In this document: piece by piece, positions 29,088 through 37,311 of the stretch
Layout: each line of letters begins with the position of its first letter
Position numbering within the stretch: the first letter of the stretch is position 1
Source of the DNA: a virus
Lineage: Duplodnaviria; Caudoviricetes
DNA length: 64,000 nt
Strand: one strand, 5' to 3'
Virus record (IMG/VR): IMGVR_UViG_3300012007_000014
Span: 1-64,000 of that record
The notes under the pieces: model-generated
Seen by the model: only the letters and a program-made list of their open reading frames with translations
The model's database searches: none
What the model was told of the DNA's origin: nothing
Translations under genes and position numbers: made by a program

Positions 29088-29297
29088 TTAGTGTATCCAA
29101 TGTCCATGTACTCCTGGTTCATTTTCAAGTAGAAACCGAATCTTTTCTTTTTCTTTCGTTGAGAAAAACGAACTATTTGCAATCTTATTCCATAATGAGT
29201 CTGCACGAATCCATTTAGATTCCATTGGTTTTGTCACATCAATCTTCTCTACCAATTGCATTTGCCATTCCTCCGTGACGTCAATCTTCGTTTTCAA
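29088..29297 (-). CDS. Hypothetical protein
   Basis: Co-oriented ORF; TTG start uncertain. Confidence 0.45.
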   Translation of the reverse strand: MKTKIDVTEEWQMQLVEKIDVTKPMESKWIRADSLWNKIANSSFFSTKEKEKIRFLLENEPGVHGHWIH

Positions 29298-29610
29298 AGA
29301 GGGTTTTCACAAGGTCCAGCTTCTGCTTTTTACTCCACCGGTTTGCATTCCGGGCAATCAAATGCTGTGTGTAATTGTACTCAAGCTCCGGATCATTAGA
29401 ATCCTTCTCATTCCCCAGCAGATAATCCGTGGTGGTGTGCAGTGCCTTGGCAATATTGACGAGGATAGGACCCTTCGGTACCCGGTCGCCTTTGATATAC
29501 CTGGATATAGACACCTCAGTGGTGCCGACCTGTTCAGCAAGCTCTTTTTGAGTTTTGCCTTGTTCCCTCAGTAATCCGGCGATTCTCTCTCCAATAATGT
29601 TCTGTGCCAT
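29281..29610 (-). CDS. XRE-family HTH transcriptional regulator
   Basis: TQKELAEQVGTTEVSISRYIKGDRVP...IAKALHTTTDYLLG. Confidence 0.9.
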   Translation of the reverse strand: MAQNIIGERIAGLLREQGKTQKELAEQVGTTEVSISRYIKGDRVPKGPILVNIAKALHTTTDYLLGNEKDSNDPELEYNYTQHLIARNANRWSKKQKLDLVKTLFENED

Positions 29611-29660
29611 GTTTTGTTCCTCTTTTTCATTAAAATTCATTATTTTTATCTCCATTTTAT

Positions 29661-30497
29661 TCAATGTGTACGTACTTCTGGTTCAATATTATTGTTTTTA
29701 GACTCAGATGTCTTTCCTTTCTTGGCATCCTTAACTGCCTTATCTATAAGGTAATCCAGAACAAGTCTCTGCTTTTCATTAAGTGTGTCAATAACGTCCA
29801 GAATAGTTTCCTCACCCTCAACTACCTTACCTACAATGTAATACAGAACAAATCTCTGCTTTTCATTGAATGTGTCAAAAACGTCCTGAACAGTTTCCTC
29901 ATTCTCAGGAGCACTCTTCTTAGTAGTATTCTGAGTCATCGTATCATCATTTCTCATTGAGATCTTAAAAACAGGACGAACCCCGAAGGCACTCGAGGCG
30001 GCCCAGCCGTCGACAGCACCGCGACTGCTGACAACGCAGAAATACGTCGAGGACGCCTTCTCCTTGTTCTGGAGCCATCCCCATTCATACTTGCCTCGCC
30101 GCGAAGCTAATCGATTGCGTCGGTCCTGCATAAGCGGCCACTGCTCATGACCGTCCGGCTCGTACCATTCTGGTAGCTTATCGCCGAACATTTCACCCGC
30201 AAAAGGAATGCGGAGTAGATCACCATTTTCAAACGGAACCATACGATAACGAATGCCTTTAAAAACATCGATGGCCTCATTACTTTGTAATCTTTTCCGT
30301 AAATCGCTTTCCAGGTATCCTCCATTGTTAATGTCCACCGCATTCATTTCCATTGGCTTATCAAGGTATTGATCTAAGAGAAATATTGCTGCAATCTGCG
30401 TAATTTCCTGGCAAGTAGCTGTATAATGACCAACATGAATCTGGTCGCCGATTTTAAAGCAGTTTGTCTCTGTTTCTATAACACGATTCACTTTCAT
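29661..30497 (-). CDS. C-type-lectin-fold (DUF6273-like, DGR-target-like) protein with C-terminal 29-aa tandem repeat
   Basis: GGY..SDLR..L; WLQ...SSTYFCVV...G......AS...GVRPVF; 87-nt repeat at ~29766-29900. Confidence 0.75.
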   Translation of the reverse strand: MKVNRVIETETNCFKIGDQIHVGHYTATCQEITQIAAIFLLDQYLDKPMEMNAVDINNGGYLESDLRKRLQSNEAIDVFKGIRYRMVPFENGDLLRIPFAGEMFGDKLPEWYEPDGHEQWPLMQDRRNRLASRRGKYEWGWLQNKEKASSTYFCVVSSRGAVDGWAASSAFGVRPVFKISMRNDDTMTQNTTKKSAPENEETVQDVFDTFNEKQRFVLYYIVGKVVEGEETILDVIDTLNEKQRLVLDYLIDKAVKDAKKGKTSESKNNNIEPEVRTH

Positions 30498-30500
30498 TTC

Positions 30501-30752
30501 TTATTCCTTCACTACTACATTATCTACGATCTTAAGAACATTCAAATGCCACTCGTTTTCATTTCCAATGTGAAGTAAATCATAGTACATCTCATCAGAA
30601 AGTGTTGAAGCAAGTAGATACCTCAGATGTTTATTTAATAGTCTTTTATGCACTATATATACCGTAAAATCTGGAATCGGATCAGACTTATCTGTATGTT
30701 CTATAATGTAATTCCTTACGATCTCAACCGCCATTTCATCTTTTCTATTCAT
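30501..30752 (-). CDS. DUF6275-like protein (divergent)
   Basis: YI.EH.DKSD...VYIV.....LL.STL.D.MYY....G...E..L. Confidence 0.55.
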   Translation of the reverse strand: MNRKDEMAVEIVRNYIIEHTDKSDPIPDFTVYIVHKRLLNKHLRYLLASTLSDEMYYDLLHIGNENEWHLNVLKIVDNVVVKE

Positions 30753-30825
30753 TTATCCTTCTCCATCGAAATCATGAAAATAACCAAGCCGATCGCTGTC
30801 AAAAGGTCGACTAGTATTTTCATGA

Positions 30826-31134
30826 CTAGTCCTCCTCTGTGTTGTCTTCGTCGATGTAATCATCGTCCTGAGGCGCGTCGTCCGGGTAACCATAACGCTC
30901 TCCGAGGATGTTGACAGCGACATCGATTGCCCGCTTGTCCTCTCGTCCTTCTCTGACAAAGAACGCGTAGGCACTGAGGTCGTAGTCGTGGGAGAACCCA
31001 CCATCGGCGATTCTCTTCACGAGGCCGTTGCTTATTTGAGCCGATTTTTCGCAATAATCCACGATCTCGCCGAGCGTGATTGTGTCATTTCTGTGTTCGG
31101 TGATCCATTCCGGGATCGGTTTTCCAAAATACAT
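30826..31134 (-). CDS. Hypothetical protein
   Basis: AAGGAG RBS; visibly GC-richer than flanks. Confidence 0.6.
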   Translation of the reverse strand: MYFGKPIPEWITEHRNDTITLGEIVDYCEKSAQISNGLVKRIADGGFSHDYDLSAYAFFVREGREDKRAIDVAVNILGERYGYPDDAPQDDDYIDEDNTEED

Positions 31135-31146
31135 ATCTATGTCTCC

Positions 31147-31266
31147 TTATTTTGTCTGCTTTATAAAGATTCTCTGCCGGCCATAGTCGGCGATATATGC
31201 CAATTTCCCAGACCTCGTCCACCCGAGCCGCATAAGCGCTGCAACAAGTACCTCAGATGAAATCAT
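31147..31266 (-). pseudogene. Probable C-terminal remnant of a VapE/virulence-associated-E-type helicase gene
   Basis: 39-aa ORF VAALMRLGWTRSGK...DYGRQRIF resembles the C-terminal end of such proteins (recalled); no RBS. Confidence 0.35.
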
Positions 31267-31416
31267 ATTTTTAATTCTCTTTTATTTTTTATTGTATCAT
31301 AGGAAATTTATAAGGTAAATATATTTTGAATATCATAAAACCGCTCTTTTGAGTATTTCTATAAAATTTTTACTGAATTAAAGACGCTTTTACAATCACT
31401 GAATTAAAGTGTTATT

Positions 31417-31947
31417 TTAAGTTATAACACCATCCTTTATACACTGTTCTGCACGGCACAAGAAATTATAATAGTATCCGCAATATTTACACTTGTCTGG
31501 AATCTGGAAATTACTCAGTGGGTCTTGCTTTTTAATGATATGCTCTCCTGTTTCCGTGCCATGCCAGTGAAGATTCCCAGCCGTATCTTCATATTTTGCA
31601 AATACTTCTTCCATAAACAGCACTCCATCCTTTCTCATTGAGATCAGAAAAATCGGCCGAAACCTAGAAATCTCCGAGTTATCCCAGCCGCAGCCATATG
31701 GGATCTTGAGCATATCTCCATCTTTAAATGAAACCATCTGATCACGGATATCTGCAAAGTCATTTAGCACCTCTTCACTTTGCAATGCCTCTCGCAAACA
31801 ACTATTTTCAGTAATATATTGATCTAAGAGAAATAGTGCGGCTCTTGATGAGATATTCTGGCACGTCGCTGTATATTTACCAACGTGAATCCGGTCATCA
31901 ACATGAATATCATTTGTTTCGATCTCCATCATTCTTTCGACTTTCAT
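31417..31947 (-). CDS. Paralogue of 29661-30497 lacking the VR-like segment
   Basis: MKVER..E.ET.....D.IHVG.YTATCQ.I...A.FLLDQY...GD.L.IP...FRPIFLISMR; GGAGG RBS. Confidence 0.75.
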   Translation of the reverse strand: MKVERMMEIETNDIHVDDRIHVGKYTATCQNISSRAALFLLDQYITENSCLREALQSEEVLNDFADIRDQMVSFKDGDMLKIPYGCGWDNSEISRFRPIFLISMRKDGVLFMEEVFAKYEDTAGNLHWHGTETGEHIIKKQDPLSNFQIPDKCKYCGYYYNFLCRAEQCIKDGVIT

Positions 31948-32013
31948 AATCAATCCTCCATTAATGAAAAAATATGGACCTTGAAATTCCAAAGCCCATA
32001 CTTTTTGTTTCAC

Positions 32014-32190
32014 TTACTGAAAACTCAATCCATCAGCAGTCGTATATGTGTATTCAACCTGTTCGGTATGAGTAGACGTATTAAGTGTTAAGTGACCAGT
32101 ACCGATCAATACTCCTGTAACGAGTAATGCTCCAACCAGAACACCTACAACAAAACTTCTAAACATACTTCTCTTCGTATACACTTTCAT
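32014..32190 (-). CDS. Small membrane protein
   Basis: AGGAGGT RBS; one TM helix. Confidence 0.6.
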   Translation of the reverse strand: MKVYTKRSMFRSFVVGVLVGALLVTGVLIGTGHLTLNTSTHTEQVEYTYTTADGLSFQ

Positions 32191-32229
32191 AACATACCTC
32201 CTTAAATAAAGTTTAGTTTTAGTTACTCC

Positions 32230-32257
32230 TTCATTGAAAGACATGTTATTTTCGCGA
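32230..32257 (-). promoter_or_regulatory. Repeated phage promoter-like motif
   Basis: TCGC-GAAAATAA-CA-TGTCTT-TCAATGAA. Confidence 0.7.
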
Positions 32258-32260
32258 TGT

Positions 32261-32917
32261 TTACTCTCCTGTAATCAAATCATGCATAGGAAGAGTTTCA
32301 ATCCAGTCACAGAACTGATGCCATTCTGTAAGCTTATGATTCTTTCTTTGCTGATAAATTGTAGAAAGAACCTGATAATTCATTGTCATTGTGGATTTTT
32401 GATTGTATGACGATGGAATGTATGCAATTAGAAAATTCCAGATCTCTTTCTTACGCACAGGATCTTTCTCTTTTACATACTGTTCTCTACAAACATTTAA
32501 AATATCAATAGTATTTATAAACGCTTGATCAAAGCGAGGATAATTGTTATTGAAAGGATAATAATTATTAAAAGGATAAGAGAAGTCCTCAAATGTAAAC
32601 TCTTTACTAGTAATCTTGTGCATGGTAGAGCAAGAGTTTCTGACTGTTCCAATTTTGTAGGTGTCCATTTCTTTCCACCAATAAAGAGGTGCAGAAATGT
32701 CAAATATCACAGGAATCATCCTCATAAACTTGGCATGAGAAGGCCCTGCTTTTACGAGTTTCTTTGCAAGCTCATAATCATTTGGTCCAAATATAAAATC
32801 TTCAGTATCGGTGGTGGTATCCATTTTGTCCCAACTGTTGTAGGAGTTTCTCATCCCCCTTGCAACAGAAACTAACCACTCTTTTGATGGAAGAACGACA
32901 TTGCAAACAGTTAACAT
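32261..32917 (-). CDS. thyX: ThyX-like (FAD-dependent thymidylate synthase fold) protein
   Basis: RGMRNS..SW; H.KFMRMI.V..DI.APLYWWKEMDTYKIG...NSCSTMH; RKNHKL.EW. Confidence 0.65.
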   Translation of the reverse strand: MLTVCNVVLPSKEWLVSVARGMRNSYNSWDKMDTTTDTEDFIFGPNDYELAKKLVKAGPSHAKFMRMIPVIFDISAPLYWWKEMDTYKIGTVRNSCSTMHKITSKEFTFEDFSYPFNNYYPFNNNYPRFDQAFINTIDILNVCREQYVKEKDPVRKKEIWNFLIAYIPSSYNQKSTMTMNYQVLSTIYQQRKNHKLTEWHQFCDWIETLPMHDLITGE

Positions 32918-32947
32918 AATAATTACCTCCTATAAAATATAAATAAA

Positions 32948-33268
32948 CTACTTATTCTTTTTTAAAGGCTTTTCAAGATCAGTGATTCTTGCTTTTAGTT
33001 GCTCGATCTCCCTGTACTTTCCCTTTATCTTCTCTTTAAGAAGAGCAATCTCAAGAGCTTTTGGATCTTCTGGAAGAAGGTAATCAGTAGTAGTGTGAAG
33101 TGCATCCGCAAGTACATAGAGTACGGGATACGACGGTACTAATCCTTTATGTTCAATAAGACTAATCCATCCTTGAGATACTCCAATCTTTTTGGCTAAT
33201 TGTACTTGAGTATAATTGTTAGACTTTCTTAATAACTTAACTCTATTGGCAAAAACAAGATTTGTCAT
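32948..33268 (-). CDS. XRE-family HTH regulator with C-terminal coiled coil
   Basis: TQVQLAKKIGVSQGWISLIEH...LADALHTTTDYLL. Confidence 0.85.
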   Translation of the reverse strand: MTNLVFANRVKLLRKSNNYTQVQLAKKIGVSQGWISLIEHKGLVPSYPVLYVLADALHTTTDYLLPEDPKALEIALLKEKIKGKYREIEQLKARITDLEKPLKKNK

Positions 33269-33304
33269 CTGATTTACCTTTCATAACAAAAATATAAAAA
33301 TTAT

Positions 33305-33958
33305 TTAATCATTCTTCTCAAGAGTAGATAGTTTACTTTCCATCTCTTCAATCTCTTTATACTTGTTCTCAATTTCTTCCTTTAACCACTCTTTCTCGTG
33401 ATCTTCAAAGAGATAAGAAGGAGAGATCTTATAGTGTTTGCAGATTTCGGAGATTGAATAGAGGCTCGTTTTTGGAGTTACAAAGAACTGATCACCAGTG
33501 ACCTTAAACAAATGATCAAGGTTCTTCTGTACCAGTTCCAAAACTTTCTTGCAATCAGGATCGTCTGGAATATCATCCTTCTTTGGAGACTCAGGAATAA
33601 GAGAATGATCAATTAATTCCTGAGTTTTTGTATCCGGACCATCATCAGATTTGAACCCTGGAATATTTCCATAAATACGATGATCTTCATCTGGATCAAA
33701 TGGAGAATACACAGTTACTTCTGTAGGTTTTGTGATGGACACTTGAGATTCCTCTCCAAGCAAATACTTAACACTAACATTAAGAACTTCCGATATTTTC
33801 TCTCTCATACTGGAGTCAGGATAATATTTTCCGTTTTCAACAAGAGAAACATAAGACTGTGTTTTTCCGATCTTATGTGCAAACGCCATCTGAGAAAATT
33901 GCAGATACTCCCTCTGAGATCTCACACGGTTTCCAAAATCAACTGCTATACTATTCAT
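33305..33958 (-). CDS. XRE-family HTH regulator, two-domain
   Basis: SQMAFAHKIGKTQSYVSLVENG...LNVSVKYLLG; C-terminal half resembles the tail of 32948-33268. Confidence 0.85.
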   Translation of the reverse strand: MNSIAVDFGNRVRSQREYLQFSQMAFAHKIGKTQSYVSLVENGKYYPDSSMREKISEVLNVSVKYLLGEESQVSITKPTEVTVYSPFDPDEDHRIYGNIPGFKSDDGPDTKTQELIDHSLIPESPKKDDIPDDPDCKKVLELVQKNLDHLFKVTGDQFFVTPKTSLYSISEICKHYKISPSYLFEDHEKEWLKEEIENKYKEIEEMESKLSTLEKND

Positions 33959-34143
33959 AATAAACTCCTTTCATAATAAACAAATATCAATTTCTTTTAA
34001 GACAAGCAAACCTTTCACCAACTGGAGTAACAATGTATTCAATAATTGAATCAGAATTCTTTAGACGATCAAGTTCTTCTATGTCGTTTCTATCTGACAG
34101 GTCGAAGCATAAATATCCATTGGATTTGAAGTAGAAACTCCAA

Positions 34144-34320
34144 TTAGGACTTCTTTTTCCATCCATGAATTCTCCTTAAAGACTCATCAATTTTAAAAGA
34201 TTCTTTGCGTCTTTTATCAATTGCTTCCATTGCTTCTTTCCAAGAAATATAATGATTGCAGTTCTGGTGGCACCCAACTTTGCGATCATTACAAGTTCTA
34301 CATGGACATTCATCACTCAT
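34144..34320 (-). CDS. Small Cys-rich protein
   Basis: CPCRTCNDRKVGCHQNC; GGAGG RBS. Confidence 0.65.
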   Translation of the reverse strand: MSDECPCRTCNDRKVGCHQNCNHYISWKEAMEAIDKRRKESFKIDESLRRIHGWKKKS

Positions 34321-35197
34321 TTGCAGTATCCTCCATGTATGCATTCACAAATGCTTCAATTCTATCATAGTAAATGGTTTTCTTCATACTATTAAAATCA
34401 GTAGATATATCGACAGATCCTAAGAGATAAGTTTTGCCAAGCCATTCTACATAGATGCCTATACTTTCTCCATCGGAATTTACGATATGAGAAGTGTCGC
34501 AAATATCTCTTCCAACAAGCTTGTTGACTTTGTCAATATATACTTGGCGGTCGATTGCAACGTTATCAGCCCCGTCATAAACAAATGTCATTACAATAAA
34601 AGTAAGTCCATTTTTTAAGACTAATTCGGACTCTTTGTTCATGTACTTATCCACAATTTCATTAATTTCGTCATAATGTACTTCTCTTTTCTCGCCACAA
34701 GCAGATCCTAAGGTATAACGCTTGCTGTCGTACACAATATAAATTTCTTTTCTCTCTCCATTTAGAAATGGAGCATGGAAGGTGTCACATAAATCCTTTC
34801 CACCAAAAAGTTTGTTAACTCTATCGACATATGATTGAAGATTATTGAAATAGGAGTATTGATTCTTACAAAGGAATTTACCACTTATGGAAGTGTCATT
34901 AACAAACTCCCTTGCAATTTTATTAAGTGCATATCTTAAGAGTGCTTTGGAATCTTTGTTTTTGTTAAATTGATCTTTTGCATATGCATCTTCTTGTAAG
35001 AGCCATTCTCCAATGATTACTGGAACTACAGGAAAATCTTTTTTGTCAAAAGAACGATAAGACCCTATTCGTTTATTGGTCTTTTTGTTTAAGACTCCCC
35101 AAGTGTAAACTTTATCAGCTTCTGAATAGTCTTCAATTTTTGCAGTGAGATCCTTAAACTCAAGTCCTAAACTTTTTACATATTCAGCGTTATTCAT
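34313..35197 (-). CDS. Hypothetical protein with internal duplication
   Basis: YVD(R/K)VNKL.G.(K)D(L/I)CDT..H....E.....Y.LGS twice; N-terminus like MTNAEW genes. Confidence 0.7.
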   Translation of the reverse strand: MNNAEYVKSLGLEFKDLTAKIEDYSEADKVYTWGVLNKKTNKRIGSYRSFDKKDFPVVPVIIGEWLLQEDAYAKDQFNKNKDSKALLRYALNKIAREFVNDTSISGKFLCKNQYSYFNNLQSYVDRVNKLFGGKDLCDTFHAPFLNGERKEIYIVYDSKRYTLGSACGEKREVHYDEINEIVDKYMNKESELVLKNGLTFIVMTFVYDGADNVAIDRQVYIDKVNKLVGRDICDTSHIVNSDGESIGIYVEWLGKTYLLGSVDISTDFNSMKKTIYYDRIEAFVNAYMEDTANE

Positions 35198-35324
35198 AAT
35201 ATTCTCCTTTCTCCAAATTCAATTGTCATTGTAGATTCTTGAAGAGGTTTAATTTTAATAGTATCTTTATTTGGACCTTTAGGCTCTATAGTAACCACAG
35301 CGTCTTTTACAACCAGTTCCATTA

Positions 35325-35513
35325 TTACTTCCCTTTAATTATCATTTCAAATATTCCCATTGGGACTACAACTGGCCAAAATAATCCCATTATTGTGTAT
35401 CTTAAAAATGAATACCAGAACTCTTTAATAGAAAGGTTTCTTTGATACTCAATTTCAAATAAGCATCCCTCCCAGCAAATGTATCCGCCAAGCCAAAACA
35501 TGAAAAGTATCAT
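35325..35513 (-). CDS. Small membrane protein (paralogue of 35799-36029)
   Basis: F.LGG...E.QR..S.KE.W....WPVVVP.GI shared. Confidence 0.65.
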   Translation of the reverse strand: MILFMFWLGGYICWEGCLFEIEYQRNLSIKEFWYSFLRYTIMGLFWPVVVPMGIFEMIIKGK

Positions 35514-35645
35514 ACTAATTACTCTCCTTTCAAATATAAAAAAAAAGACAAAGAGTCTAAGAAATTCCTTTCTTTATGGCTCTTTGATAGAAATGATTTA
35601 GATGTGATATAGATATGACTGCCGTCTATATCGGTCAACCTCCTT

Positions 35646-35673
35646 TCTATCTAAATGGTTGAAATTTTTGCGA
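35646..35673 (-). promoter_or_regulatory. Repeated phage promoter-like motif
   Basis: TCGC-AAAAATTT-CA-ACCATT-TAGATAGA. Confidence 0.55.
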
Positions 35674-35705
35674 GATCCACAAATATCCCATCTGTAAAAG
35701 TTTTG

Positions 35706-35798
35706 TTATGCTTCCTTCCAGGTGCCATAATGGGAGCAAGTTGTATGACACCCAACTTTGCGATCATTACAAGTTCTGCATGGACACTCTTCACTCAT
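35706..35798 (-). pseudogene. Truncated duplicate of Cys-rich gene 34144-34320
   Basis: MSEECPCRTCNDRKVGCHTTCSHYGTWKEA then TAA (30 aa versus 58 aa). Confidence 0.6.
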
Positions 35799-36029
35799 TT
35801 ACTTATATGCCCTCCATCTATTATCTTTATTTGTGTCTTTCTTTGGATCACGAAAACATACATAATAAATTCCAATTGGCACTACAACAGGCCACAATAG
35901 AGAAGAAATTATTACAAGCCGCATACTATTCCACAATTCTTTAACACTATTGCTTCTTTGAAATTCTGTCGTAAATGTACTAAATAAGGATACGACAAGT
36001 CCACCTAAATAAAATGCTAAAATTATCAT
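35799..36029 (-). CDS. Small membrane protein (paralogue of 35325-35513)
   Basis: Shared motifs as above; AAAGGA RBS. Confidence 0.65.
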   Translation of the reverse strand: MIILAFYLGGLVVSLFSTFTTEFQRSNSVKELWNSMRLVIISSLLWPVVVPIGIYYVCFRDPKKDTNKDNRWRAYK

Positions 36030-36036
36030 AATCGAA

Positions 36037-36243
36037 TCATCCTTTCAATTTAAGATCATCTAAAAGACTTAAGTACATTGCCTTCTGCATTTTTGGGTCA
36101 CCATTGTAATAATTCCATCCCGAGGGATATCTTGGAAGACCCACAAGCTCTCTATACTTTCTATATGCAGAAATAATGTCTGCATCATTTGAACTTTTAT
36201 AAATTGTGTGAAGGCATACGGAAATATCTTGTTCTTTCATCAC
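36037..36243 (-). CDS. Hypothetical protein
   Basis: ATGA overlap with upstream gene. Confidence 0.55.
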   Translation of the reverse strand: MMKEQDISVCLHTIYKSSNDADIISAYRKYRELVGLPRYPSGWNYYNGDPKMQKAMYLSLLDDLKLKG

Positions 36244-36527
36244 ATCAACCCCAGAATCTCTTCAATTGTCTTATTGCGAAGTTTATAGGCTTCATCAATG
36301 ACGATGGACCGAAGAGCCGTTGCATTGGCCCTTTCTTTCATTGTAGAGCCATCATAACTTAATACGTCTTCACACATATCATATACAATATTCAGCTCCT
36401 CATTGTACTTATTATAGTTGTTCTCAAGATCGCTCATCTCTAGTGCCCTTCTTAAGGTCTTCTTCTCTTTTGCAGAGTCATCACATAAATTAAAAATAAA
36501 ATTCAAATTGGTATCATTCATATACAA
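36240..36527 (-). CDS. Hypothetical protein
   Basis: AGGAGGT RBS. Confidence 0.6.
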   Translation of the reverse strand: MYMNDTNLNFIFNLCDDSAKEKKTLRRALEMSDLENNYNKYNEELNIVYDMCEDVLSYDGSTMKERANATALRSIVIDEAYKLRNKTIEEILGLM

Positions 36528-36559
36528 GACCTCCTTAAAGCCTTAATAAAAAACAAAAA

Positions 36560-36710
36560 TAAAAGAATAATGTCCAAAGCGTTTCCAGCTTCCCTACTCG
36601 CATTATCTACCTCCGTCAGCTCTACCTGTTACATTCCTGATTCGTTTTACAGCCTCCTCTCATAGGCCAAGTCCCTCAGGCGTGGGTATCCTCTTTGATC
36701 CTCTTATCCC
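36560..36710 (-). ncRNA. Candidate GGA-rich small RNA
   Basis: Between a promoter motif and a T-rich stretch; 10 GGA in 36573-36709; only a possible 22-aa ORF. Confidence 0.35.
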
Positions 36711-36738
36711 TTCACTAAGATCTATGTATTTTTCGCGA
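36711..36738 (-). promoter_or_regulatory. Repeated phage promoter-like motif
   Basis: TCGC-GAAAAATA-CA-TAGATC-TTAGTGAA. Confidence 0.7.
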
Positions 36739-36909
36739 AATATAAAAAGAAATAGAATAAGATTTGTCAGTAGCCAACAGTTGTATCTCCAATCATTCCT
36801 TCGTTTAACTACTAACATTTCTTATTTGAAGGTGAACTACGCTATTCTAATGTAACAGCAGAGTTAGTCCAATCAAGTTGGCTCCACAAATTGTGCCTTA
36901 AGGTTACTG

Positions 36910-37092
36910 TTACTCCTTCATAGTAAGAGATGATTTATTTGCTATTAACTTTTCATAAAGTTCTCTTGCTTCATCTCCTTGAAAAACATTGACAATATCA
37001 ATATGATGATCCCTTCTTATTCTTCCTACAGTCATTATGATGTTGTCGTTTTTATTTGTGGAATCAACTCTAATTATTATTTGATTTTCCAT
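36910..37092 (-). CDS. Hypothetical protein
   Basis: AAAGGGAG RBS. Confidence 0.55.
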   Translation of the reverse strand: MENQIIIRVDSTNKNDNIIMTVGRIRRDHHIDIVNVFQGDEARELYEKLIANKSSLTMKE

Positions 37093-37267
37093 TTTACGTT
37101 ACTCCCTTTCTTGAAAAATATAAAAATTAAAAGACTTTTATTTTTCAACTCTTTCTTTGTTTCTAAAATAATTAATAAGCCAATTCAAAGCGATTCCAGT
37201 TGCAACAGAACCTGCCAATCTTGCAATTGTAAGAAACATTTTTATGACCCTCCAAAAATATAAAAGA

Positions 37268-37302
37268 AAAGAGCCTCAGAACAATTTGTTCCAAAACTCT
37301 TT
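37268..37302 (-). terminator. Hairpin family member abutting RBS
   Basis: GAGTTTTGGAACA-AAT-TGTTCTGAGGCTC plus TTTTCTTTTATATTTTT then GGAGG. Confidence 0.7.
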
Positions 37303-37311
37303 ATCTTGACT

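Noticed and set aside
29965-30045. Second target of the resident DGR
   Set aside because: Many mismatches to the TR at non-adenine positions and no downstream hairpin; kept only as an orphan target
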